Assembly: GCA_964016885.1 (NCBI GenBank)
Contig: OZ024742.1
Location: forward strand, 304,048,001-304,112,000
Reading direction: 5' to 3'
Length of the DNA: 64,000 bases
Origin: Eledone cirrhosa
Lineage: Eukaryota
Position 1 is the first letter of the stretch, and each line of letters starts with the position of its first letter. Shown one piece after another: positions 52,400 to 64,000 of this stretch. Both the position numbers and the translations under genes were made by a program. The notes beneath the pieces are model-generated. The model was given only the letters and a program-made list of their open reading frames with translations. It did no database searches and had not been told where the DNA came from.

Positions 52400-53236
52400 A
52401 GAACAAAAGGCCTCGGACCAGAAAGATCCTGTAGTACAAGCCTCCATACTCCACCAGCCTAACCACTAGTATAGCTAAGCTCTTCTTTAGGGCCTTAGAC
52501 ACATGCTTCCTTAGATTACACAAATACTATACAATATTCAATAGTAATACCATCAAGCTGTACTACTCCTCAACCAGTATCATAGCTCAGAATATAGCTA
52601 AGATGAATTATTGTAGACTTAGGACAGCCCAGGGCGGGATGAGGCATGGCAGATCTAATGCCAATTATATGCATGAACGGACTCATACCCGTGAGGTGAG
52701 TCGGGCTACCCCAACCCTTGGGAACTTACCTATAGAGCAGACAATAACGGAGACCCGACACCAGAGGTACCGTGGTTTCTCAGGAACTACCCCGGTCGGT
52801 AGCAGAAAATATAATTGCAGGAACACCGCTACTTGCCCCTTAGCTGGGAATTGCCTCACCAAATACATAGTCTACGACTGTAAGGTCTCCACTTTAGATA
52901 GAACGTTCAGGTATGTTGGGGCGACTGCCACTGAATTTTAAGGATAGATGGTATAGTCACCACCATACCTTTACTATATTAGATAAAAAAAATACCACGG
53001 CACTTTCTGAATTAGTCTGGAAGATTAAACAACAAAATATAGAGCACTCCTTATCCTGGTCCATAGTTTCCTCAGCCCAGCCATATAACGGCAGCACGGG
53101 CTTTTGTAATTTATGTATAGCTGAAACCTTTAATATAATTAGAGGCGGCCCCCTACTAATCAATAGCAGAGCGGACTTTTTCAACACCTACCAGCATAGA
53201 ACCTCGAAATCCTTCATCAGGATTTTTAGAAATTAA
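52400..53236 (+). pseudogene. PLE linker plus GIY-YIG endonuclease (frameshifted)
   Basis: YKPPYSTSL..IFNSNTIKLYYS, NCRNTATCPLAGNCLTKYIVYDCKV..RYVGATATEF, KDRWYSH..TTALSELVWKIK..WSIVSSAQPY..CNLCIAE..INSR. Same domain type as 36060-36480. Confidence 0.88.
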
Positions 53237-54463
53237 CCTACCACTAACTCCACCATTTTTACATTAGCCATAGAATTATCTCAATTAGCAAAAAATAGAC
53301 AATCACATACTCAGGTAGGAGACAGCTAAGATCGTTTGCGCACTTACACACAGTACTCGGTATGTTTCCACAGAATTCTCACAGCTGAGTGCGCATTTAC
53401 CATTACTTTAGAATACCTAGTTAGTAAATAGTTAGGACAATTACACACTCAGTTAAGATCGATTACGCGCATTCACCATTACTTTAGAATACCCTAAACA
53501 TAGAGTTCTCTCAGTTAGTAAATAGTTAGAAGTATTACACACTCAGTTAATAACGATTACGCTCTTTATACATACAGTATCCGGTTTCTTCACACAGTAC
53601 CCGGTTTCTTTAGACACGGAGTTCCCACAGTTACGACTAGTCACAATCTTATCAATTGGATACTACACTAGGTTTTTTGGTCTGTGATCCTCTAATCATG
53701 GAGTGCTCGCAGTTACTACTTACACGCCATCAATGAGCTTACACACATCCCCCGGTGTCTTGTTATTTTATTTTATATCGTGTTGGGTAACAGACCTCCA
53801 CCACTCAAATACTTATCTTAAAAGCCCGAGGGCCCATATGACGGGAAAACGCACACACTGACACCTTAACTCAAATACCCAACCCTACATGGATCCCCTT
53901 GGTGGCCTACGTGGTGGGTGCTTGCACGCACAGACTCGAGGACTCAGATTCTCAACGGGACAACGGCACATACAGAGTTCGATACGAGCAGACTACTTGC
54001 TCTAGACGATACGGATGTTACATTTCAGTCGATACACGTATAGCAGAACGTTGAATGGAATTTACTCGCTGTGTATAGGGTTGTGGTTGACCCAATCTTT
54101 CTAATTTACATCGTTAAAATTGAGATTAGATCAATATAACATTTGTTGTTTTGTAACCTAACTTTCGGTGCATGCTGTGTTGGTATATATATTTTTTCTC
54201 TAACCTCGCGCGGTGTGTGTGAGTGTGTGTGTACTCACTCATACTAATTGTGACCGACCGAAATTCTACAGATTTGATGCTGAGATTAGACCTGTCCAGC
54301 GTCTTTAAGAGCTATTGAGCGATAGAGACTTGATAGATTTATGACCCTGACTGAAGACGATAGTAGTTGGGTGGTGAATCTTCATATTGGGAGCAAAACT
54401 CTGGTGAGTGAACATCATTAGTTTTTCCTCCCTCATATCAAAGATTTGAAGACATTTCATTAT

Positions 54464-54537
54464 TCACCTGATGAGATAAGTGATAATAGATCTTGACCAC
54501 ACGATCGATCTATCTCTCATTGAAACATGTGTCGTGA
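54464..54537 (+). ncRNA. Type I hammerhead at the PLE 3' end
   Basis: TCAC-CTGATGA-(..ATAGATC...GATCTAT..)-GAAAC-ATGT-GTC-GTGA. GUC triplet; base of stem II imperfect. Confidence 0.72.
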
Positions 54538-54574
54538 TTAAAATTATTGGAAATTTATACCATGCCTTCGGATC

Positions 54575-54611
<37 letters not shown>

Positions 54612-54811
54612 GTGCTCTGTTATTATTTCTGGGGTTATTATTACAATATGACCTTCGCCAAGTATAACAATATATGTATATATATATATATATATATATA
54701 AGAAGCAAAGAAAATTTACGAAAGATTTCCTGGTGGAAGTCCAGGTGTACTCCAGGTTGGTATCCAGTTTCGGGGTGAAAATCCTATTAGCAAATCCAAC
54801 GAATCTCTTAC

Positions 54812-54839
<28 letters not shown>

Positions 54840-54842
<3 letters not shown>

Positions 54843-55485
54843 TATATTTAGAGTTATAAACTCAAACAGTCCTTTACAATTAATTAGCTCAAAGAAAGAA
54901 GCATTTCTGAGCCGTGAAATACAAGTTAATATAAATTAATATATGATAAACACATAAGTGTTTGTATTGTAAATTACCAAGTTAGCTAGAATGAAATATA
55001 CTAATTAAAATAAATATAGTTTGCCTGTCGATTTAAAATAATAAATCAATAAAAACAAACCCATATTGGCTGTTATTTCTAGCACCATGAGTATGGGATA
55101 GCTAGTGATCTGGAAAACCACGTGCGTTAGCGCTTGTACACCAGACCTCCAAAAATATTTCGAGGTGAAACATCCTAATTTTCTGGATACCAGTTGATGA
55201 ACACAGAAAATGGAATCTTTCACTTTTTTATACTATCGTTGCGAAACTTATTTGGGTTTTGAAATTTAAATTTGTCTGCGGAACAGGTTTGGATTTTGAA
55301 ATTTAAATTTGTCCAGGTATCACGGTTATTGCCAATATGGGTTTGTTTTTATTGATTTATTATTTTAAATCGAGACAGGCAAACTATATTTATTTTAATT
55401 AGTATATTTCATTCTAGCTAACTTGGTAATTTACAATACAAACACTTATGTGTTTATCATATATATTAATTTATATTAACTTGTA
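54840..55485. mobile_element. Fold-back insertion (arms 54920-55070 and 55331-55485, left extension) in (TA)n
   Basis: TACAAGTTAATATAAATTAATATATGATAAACACATAAGTG...AAACCCATATTGGC and its near-perfect reverse complement. Confidence 0.88.
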
Positions 55486-55680
55486 TATATATATATATAT
55501 ATACTTATTAAAATGACAGATTAAAGTTTAAGCAAATAATCACTGCTTTCACCCTTAACGGGATCTTCTGATTCTTTAAGAATCTCTTCTCAATATTTAT
55601 ATATCTTCCTCACAATTACACAAATATTGTCTCCTTTTGTATTTTAATGACTATCTTTCTGTCTGTCTGTCACATTATCC

Positions 55681-55718
<38 letters not shown>

Positions 55719-56291
55719 GGATGGGTGTGTGCGTGTGCGATAAATAATAAAGATCTGGAAATGCACAAAATGACTTTTATTTACACGCACGTGTAGATTT
55801 CAAAACGAAAAGAAATGAGTTCATCCCCAAAAAATTACATTTATAAATGTAGGTTTTCAGTAATAAGTATTTAGAACTAACCAGTTTCACTTAGAGTAGA
55901 ATTTCAAAGATTTATTTAGATTTTGGTTGGATATGTGTTTCCTCACCTGTTGTATACCGTGATGTCTTATGTCTTCCATGAGTTGTTATTTGTCACTTAT
56001 GTTTATTTTAACTTTGTATATATACATGTATCACTATATCTGTGTGTTCGTACCTGTGTTTACCCACACATATATAACTGTAGTTTATATATACACATAC
56101 TTGTATACACATACTTGTATATAAATATGATTGTGTTTGTGTGTGTGCATGCGTGCGTGCATCTTTCCATTGTTTCTTTTGGCATTGGATTCGTCCTAGT
56201 TTATGCTTTCGTTTATATCCAGTCTGTTCCTTTCAATTCATAAAATACTGCTACGATTTATGGACTCCTTGTTCTCGGGACCGCAGTCTTT

Positions 56292-56345
<54 letters not shown>

Positions 56346-56450
56346 GCCTGATAGTAGCGGTCGTAAGCACGAATATTCAATAACGAAGTAGAATGTAAAG
56401 TGCACATCATATATTATCGGTCTGTTGAGTGTCACCACATTGCCACAGTA

Positions 56451-56541
<91 letters not shown>

Positions 56542-56553
56542 CATACATACATG

Positions 56554-56592
<39 letters not shown>

Positions 56593-57216
56593 ATTTCTAT
56601 ATACATATTTATATGTATATATATTTAGTATGTTTGTATAACTTCAAACAATTTTTTTATATACTATCTAATCTCTCAGGACATTATAGCATTAAAATCT
56701 ACATTAAATGCTCGTTTAATCTATTTCTTTATACATACCTATTATGTACATCTATCTATATATATATATATATATATATATAATTTACATATATGGGGGA
56801 GGCAGTGTTTAGGTATGTGTGTATGTATGTATGTATGTATGTATGCATATATGTACGTAAGTACTTATGAATATATTTATAACAGGAATATTACAGTGTT
56901 TGTTTATGTGCTTGTTCGTATATGAAAAAAAACATTAAGGTAATGTTTTTATTTGTTTATTTGTAAACACTATATTAGCAGAATCTCATTTATTCTATCT
57001 AGTTGATGATAATATTTATATATAATATCTAAAGCAACTCTTTATATGTGTTACTAAGCCAATATTATAAACGCAGGAATATAATAGGGTCAGCTTTTGT
57101 TGTCATCATTTCCCATTAATGAAATAACTATCGTTTAGTGTATAAAATATATAAAATATGTGCCAGTAATCCTTATTGAATTCGTCCGCTGGAAGACATA
57201 GTCCATCACACGGAAT

Positions 57217-57442
57217 CACCGCTACATGGATGTATATATCAGAGTCCTGTCTGCTCCAAGCATTTAGTTAAGGTCTTTGATTTAAGGATAGCTCCATATC
57301 CCAGGCATTCTTGAAATGAGTCAATGATATAATCATTCACTCGGTAACACCACTACATGGATATCTATATCAGAGACCTGGCTGCTCCAAGCATTTAGTT
57401 AAGGTCTCTGATTTAAGGATAGCCCCATTTCTCAGGCATTCT
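57217..57442. repeat. ~132-bp period tandem duplication
   Basis: CTACATGGAT.T.TATATCAGAG.CCTG.CTGCTCCAAGCATTTAGTTAAGGTCT occurs twice. Confidence 0.85.
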
Positions 57443-58308
57443 CTAAGGAGTCTAAGGCAGTTTTTCATCCTTCATTAAAAAGTTTAAAATAAAGACAAAT
57501 AAGACTGTCTCTACGAATTCATGTAGTGTGTTTTGATTCATATGTTTTATTGATTCATACCCTTGTCCTGATTTATTTTCTTTCTGATTTTTTGTTTATA
57601 AAGGTTTACATTTTTTGTTTTATTTCTACATTCATTTTCGGTGGTTTTAGATACTGAGCAGCCTTAAATTTGATTGCGATCGAAACTTTTCCTGTGAACT
57701 AGAAGGTCCTATATTTAGCTATACGAGATCTACTGGTATTCTTCCACAAATCAAAATCTTCTGCAAAGGACAACATAGTTATAGATGTATAAAAAGACGA
57801 TGAAGACATGAAAGTCGTCGTTCAAACGTCTGTACTATGAAAGCTGACATAGGGCTTAAACAAACAAAATACCTCTCTGCAGGGATTTCCATTTCAAATA
57901 ACTCCATCAGCCTAATCTAAATACTTTTGAAGCAGAGCTATACTTTATGTTTTCATCCTGACTTAAAACAATATATTTCCCAACTGTACTCGATCATTTA
58001 AGCTGTGCGTAATTTCTAACAAGTCATCTTAACAGTCACTGATCTATTGAATAATCTATTCAACCATGTGTTAAGTGATTTCTTTCGGACATTTCTGCCT
58101 CTGTAAGTTATTAAGAGCCAAGTTTCAACTATAAATCCTGATACCAAGTCAGCGACCTATTTGTTATCCACTGATCCGTCCTGCTTGTCTACAATTTACG
58201 AGACATTTACCGCTCTATAGAAAACTAGTCATTTTCATGAGGAGGGCAGGAACAGGACTTGGTAATACAACCCAACATGGACTTGAATATTCTGGGTTAT
58301 TATTTTTC

Positions 58309-58494
58309 GGTGGATTAGCAGTATCGGTAGAGGGTCGGACGCCATGCTTTCCACCATAGTTACGTCCCTATACGATCTGATTTCAAATCCCGCCGAGGTT
58401 GACTTTGCCTTTCATCCTTACGGGGTCTATAAAATAAAGTACCAGTAATGCACCGGGTAATTGCTGGCCTTGTGCCTAAAGTAGAAACAATTAT
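58309..58494 (+). mobile_element. tRNA-derived SINE
   Basis: Full family head, core and tail ending GCTGGCCTTGTGCCTAAAGTAGAAACAATTA. Confidence 0.9.
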
Positions 58495-58654
58495 TTTTTG
58501 GTTTATTTTTTTTATTCCATATTACAGAAAATATGGGAAAAGCTCTCTAATAATCTCCCAAGGACGAAACTCAATTTGGAAAATGATAATAGTTTGTGCA
58601 TGTTTCAATGACAAGGTTGTGTTTTTAGAATGGGTGGTATTAGTAAACTTATAG

Positions 58655-59004
58655 TGTTACAATTGTACAAAGAATAAGAATAGCAGTATGTGTTTATACT
58701 GGTTTACTTCATAGAAGTGAATAATAAAACGTACATATATTTTACCATTCACAATGAGGAGGCTCGAGTCTCCTTAGGCTGTTGGTGAGTTGAGGATTTG
58801 CTCTGAATTCTGGCGTGTTGTTAACGAGACTGCTACGAGGCGTCAAAGAGAGAGAGTTGATCTTTCAGCCTCTTACTTATAGTGGCCAAGAGGACGTAAC
58901 TCCTTTTATCTCCTGTAGGTGACACCAGGGGTCACTACCGTCACAAAGGGACGCAACTCTTATTTTAGTTCTGATGTCCCCCTCAAGGGGGTGGGGGCGC
59001 TACA
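58655..59004 (-). mobile_element. Possible solo LTR
   Basis: Minus strand starts TGTAGCGCCCCC, has a GC-richer body and a TATAAG box. The far terminus and TSD were not confirmed. Confidence 0.35.
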
Positions 59005-59325
59005 TGTTTTAACGTGCGGTAGTAATGTTTTCTTAAGATATATCTGTTTGTATAGATAAATATTTTTCCACAATTCCTAATTTTTTAAACAACTACACTG
59101 AAAATTTGTGCACATCATGAACAGAAAATTCCCACTCTAATTCATTCATAATTTATTTTATATATACTTTCACTGAAGCATATACATTTAAAAATGAAGA
59201 CATTGACACACACACACACAAATAATTTTACTGAAGCATGAAACATGAAGCAATTGACACACGCGCGCGCGCGCGCGCGCGCACACACACTCATGCACAC
59301 TCAGACACACACAGACACAGACACA

Positions 59326-59454
<129 letters not shown>

Positions 59455-60344
59455 CAGAAACCTTACCAAAGATCAGCAATAGGTTGCACATATTGCAGGA
59501 AATTGCGATATTCATCAACAGGAAACTCTGGTTTACTGCCACTGTTAGTCAGTTACACTGAACTGATGCCAGATATCTCACAACAATTACCTTAGCTCCA
59601 CCTGACATATGTGTATGTGTACCATAAAGATGACTTCAAAACTCCGATAGCAACATTAGATTGCCCGATAGCGCGTCAGTATTAAACTGACACTAACATT
59701 CAATTAAACGAATGCCTATATTAGACAATGTAACGATACTTGGTACACGGAATGCTACTTACGAAGATCAGCCCATCAACTGATGTCTTCGAAGTCCTGA
59801 TAGGGTTCACAGTGTCATTAAGCCACCCATATATCTTCTTATGCTCAGTCGTCCGATGGATCTCTTTTCGCTAGATGTCTGTTAAAAAATTTAGCTCAAT
59901 GGGCGCAGCAAATATATATGAAACAGGAATCCCTCCATTAGTACGCAATTGTTTTTAAAGCACCTGACATCAGTGGTAATACATGAATAAGTGAAATGAT
60001 AATTTAAATATTCTCAATTAAAATATGATTTGTTTATTGATATTTCTTTCGTTTGTACCAACACACCTTTATATATTATGTACATGAAATTATGTTAGCA
60101 ATTTTGAAGCTGTTTCAACCCATGTATTAAAGATAAACGAATGAAAAGATATTGGAAAATTCAACACACATCTGCCGAATAACTGAGTTAATTTTACACC
60201 CAAGCAAGACTGGCGAATTTCCCTTAAGATCTGAACCTCATTTGTGTTATAGTAACTTAGAATAAGCTAACATAATTTCAAAATTTGAATTTGCACAAGG
60301 CCTCGTGATATATATATATATAAATTAGTTGGGATATATATATA

Positions 60345-61132
60345 AATTAGTTGGGATTTTAAAAAAAACCTCTGAATGGAAAAAAAGGACGAGTACTGAC
60401 GTACATGAGACACGAAGCCACATCTTTGGTTTGCCAGACGAATGTTTTACCATTACACCAACACGTCACCCATGCTTCCTTCCATTCAATTTGAAGCTAT
60501 GTAGCCATAGCTGGTATATATATATGTATATAAATAGGGAGACACAAAGCAGGTTTTGTTTAGAATCGGCTAGCCAATTTGAAAATTAGGTAGTAACATG
60601 AGCTTACGCCGTATTTGACTAAATGGAGTTAGTCTGTTAGTTGGGATTTAAAAAAAGCTTCTGAATGGAAAACAGGTTTGGTATTGACATACATGGGTCT
60701 CGAACTCACACCTTTCGTTTGCCGGACAAATGTGTTACCAATACACCAACACGCCACGCATGCTTCTTCTCATTCAATTAGAAGCTGTGTAACCATTGCA
60801 GGTATATATATATATATGTATATTAATAGGGAGACACAAAGCAGGCTTCATATACCTTATATAGACCTGCTATGGTTACGTAGCTTCTAATTGAATGGAA
60901 GGAAGCAAGGGTGGTGTGTTGGTGTAATGGTAACAGATGGTTGCGGCAAAACTAAGATGTGGGTTCGTGTCAATACTCATCCTTTTTTTCCATTTAGAGG
61001 GTTTTTCAAAATCCCAACTAACAGACTAATTCTATTTAGTCAAATACGGCGTAAGCACAAGTTATTACCTACTTTTCAAATTCGCTAGCCGTTTCTAAAC
61101 ACAGCCTGCAATGTGTCTCCCTATTTATATAC
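60345..61132. repeat. ~290-bp tandem unit (two copies) plus an inverted copy, each containing a tRNA-like cloverleaf
   Basis: TTAGTTGGGATTT at ~60347 and ~60637; reverse-complement unit at 60857-61132. tRNA-like segments at 60397-60467 (-), 60685-60755 (-) and 60913-60972 (+, deleted). Confidence 0.85.
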
Positions 61133-61352
61133 ATACATATATATATACATATATATATATATGACAAATTAATGCATGGTATGAACATATTCCCCGTGTA
61201 TCATTGCAGATATAAAATTTATTTCTATTAAACATACACAAAAATTAGAAATTTAAAGTGCGTGCCTGTGGAGATGAAAGCATGTCTCGCCGCGTCTGTA
61301 ATAGTTTGCATGCCTGTGTTTGTGTGTGAGTATTTGTATCTGTGAGTGCTTT

Positions 61353-61405
<53 letters not shown>

Positions 61406-61734
61406 GAGAGAGGGGAGAGAGAGATTTAGTGACAGCGTAGTGATTCAGATTTATATCTGAATGCCTGTAGATGTGTATGTAAATGTGAATTTGTGCATAA
61501 CCAAACCAATGATGCATGATTTCATTCCCATTATAAAGTTAGTGGGAATGAGAAGGTTGTTATGCCATAGTTCCTTACCAAATGACGTTAGAGTTGTATA
61601 TACATTGAACTTGCTGCAAACGATAATCCACCTTCCTTTTTCTCTGGTCGAGGTTTGGCTTGGTCACGAATTTATAAGATATGTTCTACAGCTAATTCTC
61701 TATACATATTTGATTTGAGTATATGTGCGTATAC

Positions 61735-61806
<72 letters not shown>

Positions 61807-62648
61807 ATATAAATGCCTATGTGTGCACGTATTATACATATCATATATGGATAGATGATTATATAATAAAATACCTGATATTACATTATGCTAAATTGCA
61901 TACTTTCATTGTAATTTCTTGTCGCTATCTCGTATTTCTATATAGCCAGTCCTTATCAGCGGTTTTTGTTTGGTTGGTCAGGCAGATGATGGACATATCT
62001 CCCCAAGGATAAGATGCAAATCTAATACAGCAAACCTTTCCTATGGATGGAATGTAATAAGGCATTCATTGATATTACACTTACATCACGTTTTTAAAGG
62101 GTTGTAATATACTACGATATTATACTGACTTGAAATTAGTTTAACTAGTTCATTTCAGATCGAGTGGGAATGGCTCTCGTATATATCTCAAAATGGTTTG
62201 TATACTGTGCACTATGTGGGTATTGTATACAAAAGTACAATATTTTATGAAAGTGCAAATTAAACATGTAGATAATATAAAAAAAAACATACCTTATGTA
62301 CGTATTAATCTGTAGATTTTGAAGAATGTGAAATGCATCTGCGTATGATTATAAATACGAACCAAATCCACGTCAGTCCCTACCAGACATCACTCAGAAG
62401 GCAATAATCAACCCAGGACCTTAGTAATATGCTCAAACAAATTACCAAAAGATGTTTATGATAACGTAAAGAGAAAGCAAGTTCGTTAAACACCAATTTT
62501 TTTGTACATGTTATAAAGTCTCCTCTTTTTAATATATATATACAATATATATATATATATATTCAAGGTGCGCTTTCTTTTATCATATTTCTCCTTATAT
62601 AACATGATCTGTATAGAATGTTTTCTAACGTCCAAACTGTTTTTCCTA

Positions 62649-62704
<56 letters not shown>

Positions 62705-63290
62705 TGTGTGTGTGTGTGTGTGTGTTTGCACACGCATGTGAGTATGTGTGCGTGTGTATCCGTTATACTTTGGGTCATACTCTCAATATAAACACACGCC
62801 CCAATCGGTGTTGACTTTTGATTTAACATTATCGGTGCATTGACTAATGTATTTAGCTTTTGGCGTATCAACTGGATATTTATTTGTTAAAGCACTTTCA
62901 TCGCAGAACTGAGACATTTTCAATGACCAACATTGCCCGATGCGTCTCCATTTAGTTTTAGTTTTGTTCCAGTTACTCCCGCTGTATCGGTGCAGATACT
63001 ATGGGTATGGTAGTTATTATATAATTGGTTCAGAGTGTGAAGAGGCTAGGAAACGAAAGTAAATTTAGAGGCACATTAGTCCCGACAGAGAATTATTAAG
63101 AAAGTGCGACATTAACGTATAATTGGCTGGTATGGTCTAATACTAATCATGCAACATAAAGGAAAGGACATGGACGGGCTCATGTGGGCAGCTTAGCAGT
63201 GAATTTTTAAAAGCAAATATGGTCCAAAGTTCTCAAAATTTCAATTGAAATAGCATTATTAATGATTTGACCTGGTGCCAAAAGTAGAAA

Positions 63291-63611
63291 TAATTGTTTC
63301 TACATTAGGCACAAGGCCAGCAATTACCCAGTGCATTACTGGTACTTTATTTTATCAACCCCGTAAGGATGAAAGGCAAAGTCAACCTCGGCGGGATTTG
63401 AACTCAGATCGTAAAGGGATGTAACTATGCTGGAAAGTATGGCGTCCGACCCTCTACCGATACTGCCAATCCACAGAAATAATCAGTAATGATTTGTGTT
63501 CAAATCCCACCGAGGTTAACTTTGCCTTTCATCCTTACGGAGTTGATAAAATAAAGTACCATTAATGCACTGGGATAATATCTGACCTTGTGCCAAATGT
63601 AGAAACAATTA
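63291..63611. mobile_element. Two SINEs head to head: 63291-63473 (-) and 5'-truncated 63497-63611 (+)
   Basis: Family core and tail present in both orientations. Confidence 0.88.
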
Positions 63612-64000
63612 CTAATGCCTAGTATCGGGTTACTGGGACATGTAAGACAGAAAGATAATGTTATTGTTGATCTGGGTGTAGTAGTTTAGGGTGAGGTTTT
63701 TTTGTTGTATTTAAAACAGTGCCTTATTAATCACAGCAGTTCAAAAGATGCATTAAAGACATTATATACTGAGATGTTCTATTTTAAAGACATTAATGTG
63801 TAATGTGAGGGAAGTTTCGCAATTTTTTTTATTGAGGATCAGTTGACAGTAGACGGGCTTACGTGTTGGCTCCTGGAATATCCAGGTGATATAAGATGTA
63901 TTGATTGTCAGTTAGTGTGTTTGGGTGTATGTATGGTGGGTAGAAGGATCAAAACCATATTAATAAAATAGAATAGGACATATTGATATGTAAACAAAAG

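Larger units (their letters stand above)
52270..54581 (+). mobile_element. 5'-truncated Penelope-like element (GIY-YIG end, long 3' UTR with internal tandem repeats, pLTR)
   Basis: Coding remnant 52400-53236, repeats at ~53305-53635, terminal hammerhead at 54464-54537, (TA)n on both sides. Confidence 0.85.

Noticed and set aside
60397-60755. Functional tRNA-Ala(GGC) genes
   Set aside because: Copies carry stem and B-box mismatches, lack G3:U70 and lie in a repeat unit; treated as a tRNA-derived repeat.

Overview
AT-rich, microsatellite-saturated eukaryotic non-coding DNA with no recognisable host protein-coding gene. The repeat content suggests a cephalopod, most likely Octopus (inference). 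Almost all supplied ORFs are (TA)n/(CA)n/(GAT)n artefacts. The real content is mobile DNA: two 5'-truncated RTE-clade LINEs, three Penelope-like element (PLE) coding remnants (RT and/or GIY-YIG), an internally deleted mariner, more than ten copies of a tRNA-derived SINE, a probable small Helitron and a possible solo LTR. The most striking signal is invisible to the ORF track. About 15 type I hammerhead ribozyme (HHR) motifs (stem I-CUGANGA-stem II-GAAA-palindromic stem III-NUH-stem I) occur in at least eight unrelated repeat families, mostly inside fold-back or tandem repeats sitting in (TA)n. Two non-coding loci carry tandem HHRs 539 nt and 433 nt apart, the retrozyme/circRNA-generating architecture. 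Coordinates were read by eye and may be off by a few bases.
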